In this document: positions 60,768 through 64,000 of the stretch, piece after piece
How the letters are laid out: each line of letters opens with the position of its first letter
How positions within the stretch are numbered: position 1 is the first letter of the stretch
NCBI GenBank assembly: GCA_030390025.1
Contig: CM059438.1
Location: forward strand, 62,808,001-62,872,000
Direction of reading: 5' to 3'
Source: Squalus acanthias
Lineage: Eukaryota
Length of the DNA stretch: 64,000 nucleotides
The notes under the pieces: model-generated
What the model saw: the letters and a program-made list of their open reading frames with translations, nothing else
The model's database searches: none
What the model was told of the DNA's origin: nothing
Position numbers and translations under genes: made by a program

Positions 60768-62424
60768 AGGAAGACATTCACAATCTGCACTGGCAGTATG
60801 GTAGGGGGGATGCTGAAAGACCTTGGTGTCCCTGGCCTAGGGAGGGGGTGAATTGGTCACTGTTTTCCAAGACTGGTCGCTGTCCCCTCCCTCCTTGGCG
60901 GACAGTGCGGTGTGGATGTGGTGGACCGGGTGAGAGATGGCTGTGGTCAAATAGCCTGATGCCACTTGCTGTTTACCCGTCAAGATTGGCCACCTGGGGG
61001 AGGTGCTCCAGATCTGCTGGCGGCCGTGCAACAATTCTCCAGTGTGAGTTGATGCCCTTGGAACAGGAGAGAAAATCAGCAAATAAACCCCAGGGAACTG
61101 AATGTATTATTTTGGGAAAAGAATGGTCATAAAAGCCACATAAAAGAACATCTTTGCACTGCAAACAATCATAAAGCAATGAAGTTCTGGCCAAACATCT
61201 CACCATTTCTACAGCATGGTTTTATAAATGACGCATTTAGTAATGCAAATTGCATCCGCCAAGCAGTTTTATATTGTGTTGCTTTCTAGTTATGTGGACT
61301 TGGGCTGAAGGGAACTGAACTTCTGCAGTCTGTCATCAGGCTTCTACTGTTGCCTGGCACGTTATGATTATTAAAATTTAGACATTTAGGACAAAGCCCA
61401 GCCCTGTAATTCAAACGGTACAAAACCTCCTGTGTGTCGGGGAGAATTGTTATTTGACCCTGTATGCCAGGTGCGGAGATGTACCAGGCTTTTCAGGGAG
61501 CTTCGTTAACTCCGTGTAGTGGAAAGGGGGGAGAAATAAAAAAAAGAATATGTTAAACTTTTTGAAATAATCTGCTTTTCTCTCGTATATTGTTCAAAAT
61601 AGCAAATACAAGCTTAACAGTGGGGACATTTCCTGATGTCCTGAGCAACATTTCTGTATCAAAGAAACCGGCACCACAAATAACAGATTAACTGGTAATT
61701 CTCGTCACTGCTATGTACAAGATGGCTGCCTTGTGAGCACTTCAATTCATTGTATGTGACATGCTTTAGGATATTTGGAGAGTTTTAATAAGGCACCTTT
61801 AAGTACAAGTGTCTCTTGGCCTTATTCAGATTATAATTTGAGACAAGAGATTAAATGCAAATCATTTCTTTTCCTGATGGGGTGTAGAATTTTGCTGAAA
61901 AATAAACACCATGTGGCAGAGGTTGAATATAAAGCTGCAAGGCTCGCAGATAAAGGAGCTAATGAAAGTTCTTGGTTTGTGGCAATCGCCATTCGACTGG
62001 CAACATTTTAGCTCACAGTCTGCCTTTATTGTTAAATCACTCCATCGTCCTATTCGTTTTTACAAAGTCTGACTGTTCTCACGACTTCCACGTACTCCGT
62101 TCTCAATTGCGTTTCTTTTCTGGATACCTGCAATATTGCGTTCTCCAGTTTTGTGGGTCTAAGTCCATTGGATGCAGAGCACGTTCACCTCCAGTACAGT
62201 ACAGTCTGGAATTGGAGTGGATGCTTCAGACTGTACTGCGCACCATACCTGTGTGCAGTCCAATATCATGAAACAAAAGGGCTATTCACTTCATTAGAGC
62301 AAGGAAACTTGGTCATCTTGGCTTGTTTGGGATGTGCCAGGTGAGGAGTAGTGAAGGGGTAGTGAGTAAAACACGGAAAAAGGAATGGAGACGATCTATG
62401 AGACAAATGCAGTAATGAAATTAG

Positions 62425-62865
62425 GATTGAACAGGTTGGGGCTCTTTTCTCTAGAAAAGTGAAGGCTGAGGAGTGACCTGATAGAGGTCCTTTAGATTAT
62501 GAAGCGGTTTGATAGGATAGACTTAGAGATAATTCCACTTGTGGGGGAGACCAAAGCTAGGGGCCATAAATCTAAGATAGTCACTAGTAAATCCAGTAGG
62601 GGTCGCTAGTAAATCCAGTAGGGAATTCATGAGCAACTTTTTTACCCAGAGAGTGGTTAGAATGTGGAACTCGCTACCACAGGGAGTAGTTGAGGGGAAT
62701 AGCATAGAAGCATTTAAGGGGAAGTTGGATAAGTACACGAGGGAGAAACAAATGGAAGGATATGATAAGGTTAGATGAAGTAGGGTGGGAGGAGGCTTGT
62801 GTGGCGCATGGACCAGTTGGACCGACTGGCCTGCTTCTGTGCTGTAAATTCTATGTAATTCTTTT
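62425..62865 (+). mobile_element. CR1 3' fragment
   Basis: Same family as 19185-19600. Confidence 0.85.
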
Positions 62866-63391
62866 GGGGGAGGGTTGGTTGTGTTCACATTTTATTTCAC
62901 CCCACCCCCACTTCCCCGGAAGGTGTCGACTCCTGCTTCTCTATTGCTCCACGGACCTAATGTCGATACCTAGAGGACAGGACATGCTGGCTCGTTGTAG
63001 CGTTACTCTGAACCTGTTCGAGTGGAGAAAGCCAAAGTGACCTTTCGATTGGTGGTGAAGTAGCATTGAAGAAAAAAAAATGGTACGTGTGTAACTTTCC
63101 TACTGTCGAGGCAGTTTTTAAATCCTGGTACACAGCCAGATTGAAAATTAAATGTAAACGTTTAAAGTGCTTAATCATTGCATAAGCACTTAAGTCGGGG
63201 AAGCCACTCATTGTACTCTTCCCTGATACTGGAATCCTCTCCATTTTTTATGAATTGGAAGGTAGGCAGATTAAATTTATCTGTTAAGTAATTCCCAAAT
63301 ATTTCAGGTGCAAATAGCAGGTATGTCATTGCATGAACCATGTCATGAAATAGTGACAGAGGGCATCATGGCATATTGTGTGTGCGTGCTG

Positions 63392-63394
<3 letters not shown>

Positions 63395-63431
<37 letters not shown>

Positions 63432-63444
63432 GAGAGAGAGAGAG
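63395..63444. repeat. (CT)18(AG)7 self-complementary microsatellite
   Basis: Direct inspection. Confidence 0.95.
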
Positions 63445-63664
63445 TCTGAAACAAGGGTGTATCCAAACATTGGAAAAACTGAGTAACCTGACCTTTTCTG
63501 TTTGATGAATTTATGTGCCCATCAAAGTGCTTGTTAACCTCAGCCTCTGGAGTTAGCCACAGCTGCACCAGTGTGACATTTTCCCATTTCCCACAGCTGC
63601 CATCCGCCCCCCGGGCCCCTCTCGGTGAAAATCTCAAATCCTGAGACCCTGCGCCCACACAGAT

Positions 63665-63790
63665 AGTGGTTGCGACTGTCCAAACTAATTTTACATGGGT
63701 CTCTGGAGTCAGTAGAGAGAATAGACATTCATCCGGTCAGGCAAGGCTGGATGTGAACCCAAGTCCCAGAGTCAAAACCCACTGCGCCGC
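63665..63790 (-). mobile_element. Ancient LF-SINE-like relic
   Basis: Minus strand CTCTGGGACTTGGGTTCACATCCAGCC..CCATGTAAAATTAGTTTGG. Confidence 0.4.
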
Positions 63791-64000
63791 CCAGATTTAC
63801 AGCTGATTTCTGTTTGGCTTTTTATGTTGATGTTTAGTGTAGATGAACTATTCTCACTTTCTAGTCCATAATTTTCATCCTTATTCATAATTTATATAAT
63901 GTCATCACCTGCTTGCCCTGTGCTCTCAGATCACCTGCTCAGTTGTATTTAATCAGTTGAAATCTGGAAAACTGAAATGCTGATTTGCCAAGAATATTTA

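Noticed and set aside
60491..61132. 213-aa Pro/Ser-rich ORF
   Set aside because: A by-product of the stop-poor polypyrimidine tract

Overview
This is vertebrate genomic DNA, almost certainly from a cartilaginous fish (shark), inferred from its repeat content. I could not identify a host protein-coding gene, and the window looks intronic or intergenic. It is dominated by transposable elements: (1) many CR1-type LINE fragments and one near full-length, disrupted CR1 (36622-41315; ORF1 with an SGNH esterase, ORF2 with APE endonuclease and RT); (2) Penelope-like elements (GIY-YIG) whose 3' terminal repeats carry minimal hammerhead ribozyme motifs; (3) two tRNA-derived SINE families, each sharing its 3' tail with a LINE family in the window; (4) old LF-SINE-like relics; (5) a decayed, spliced Harbinger Myb/SANT gene and several Harbinger-type MITEs; (6) Tigger-type and hAT-type MITEs. 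The most notable observations are the hammerhead motifs, a tandem-monomer promoter and a probable 3' transduction on the long CR1, a MITE family carrying a promoter-like, splice-site and hairpin cassette, an old tandem duplication containing a candidate exon, and a near-perfect 185-bp duplication around unique filler. Family names come from motif recognition by eye, not database searches. Boundaries of old repeats are approximate. I found no convincing wholly novel system.
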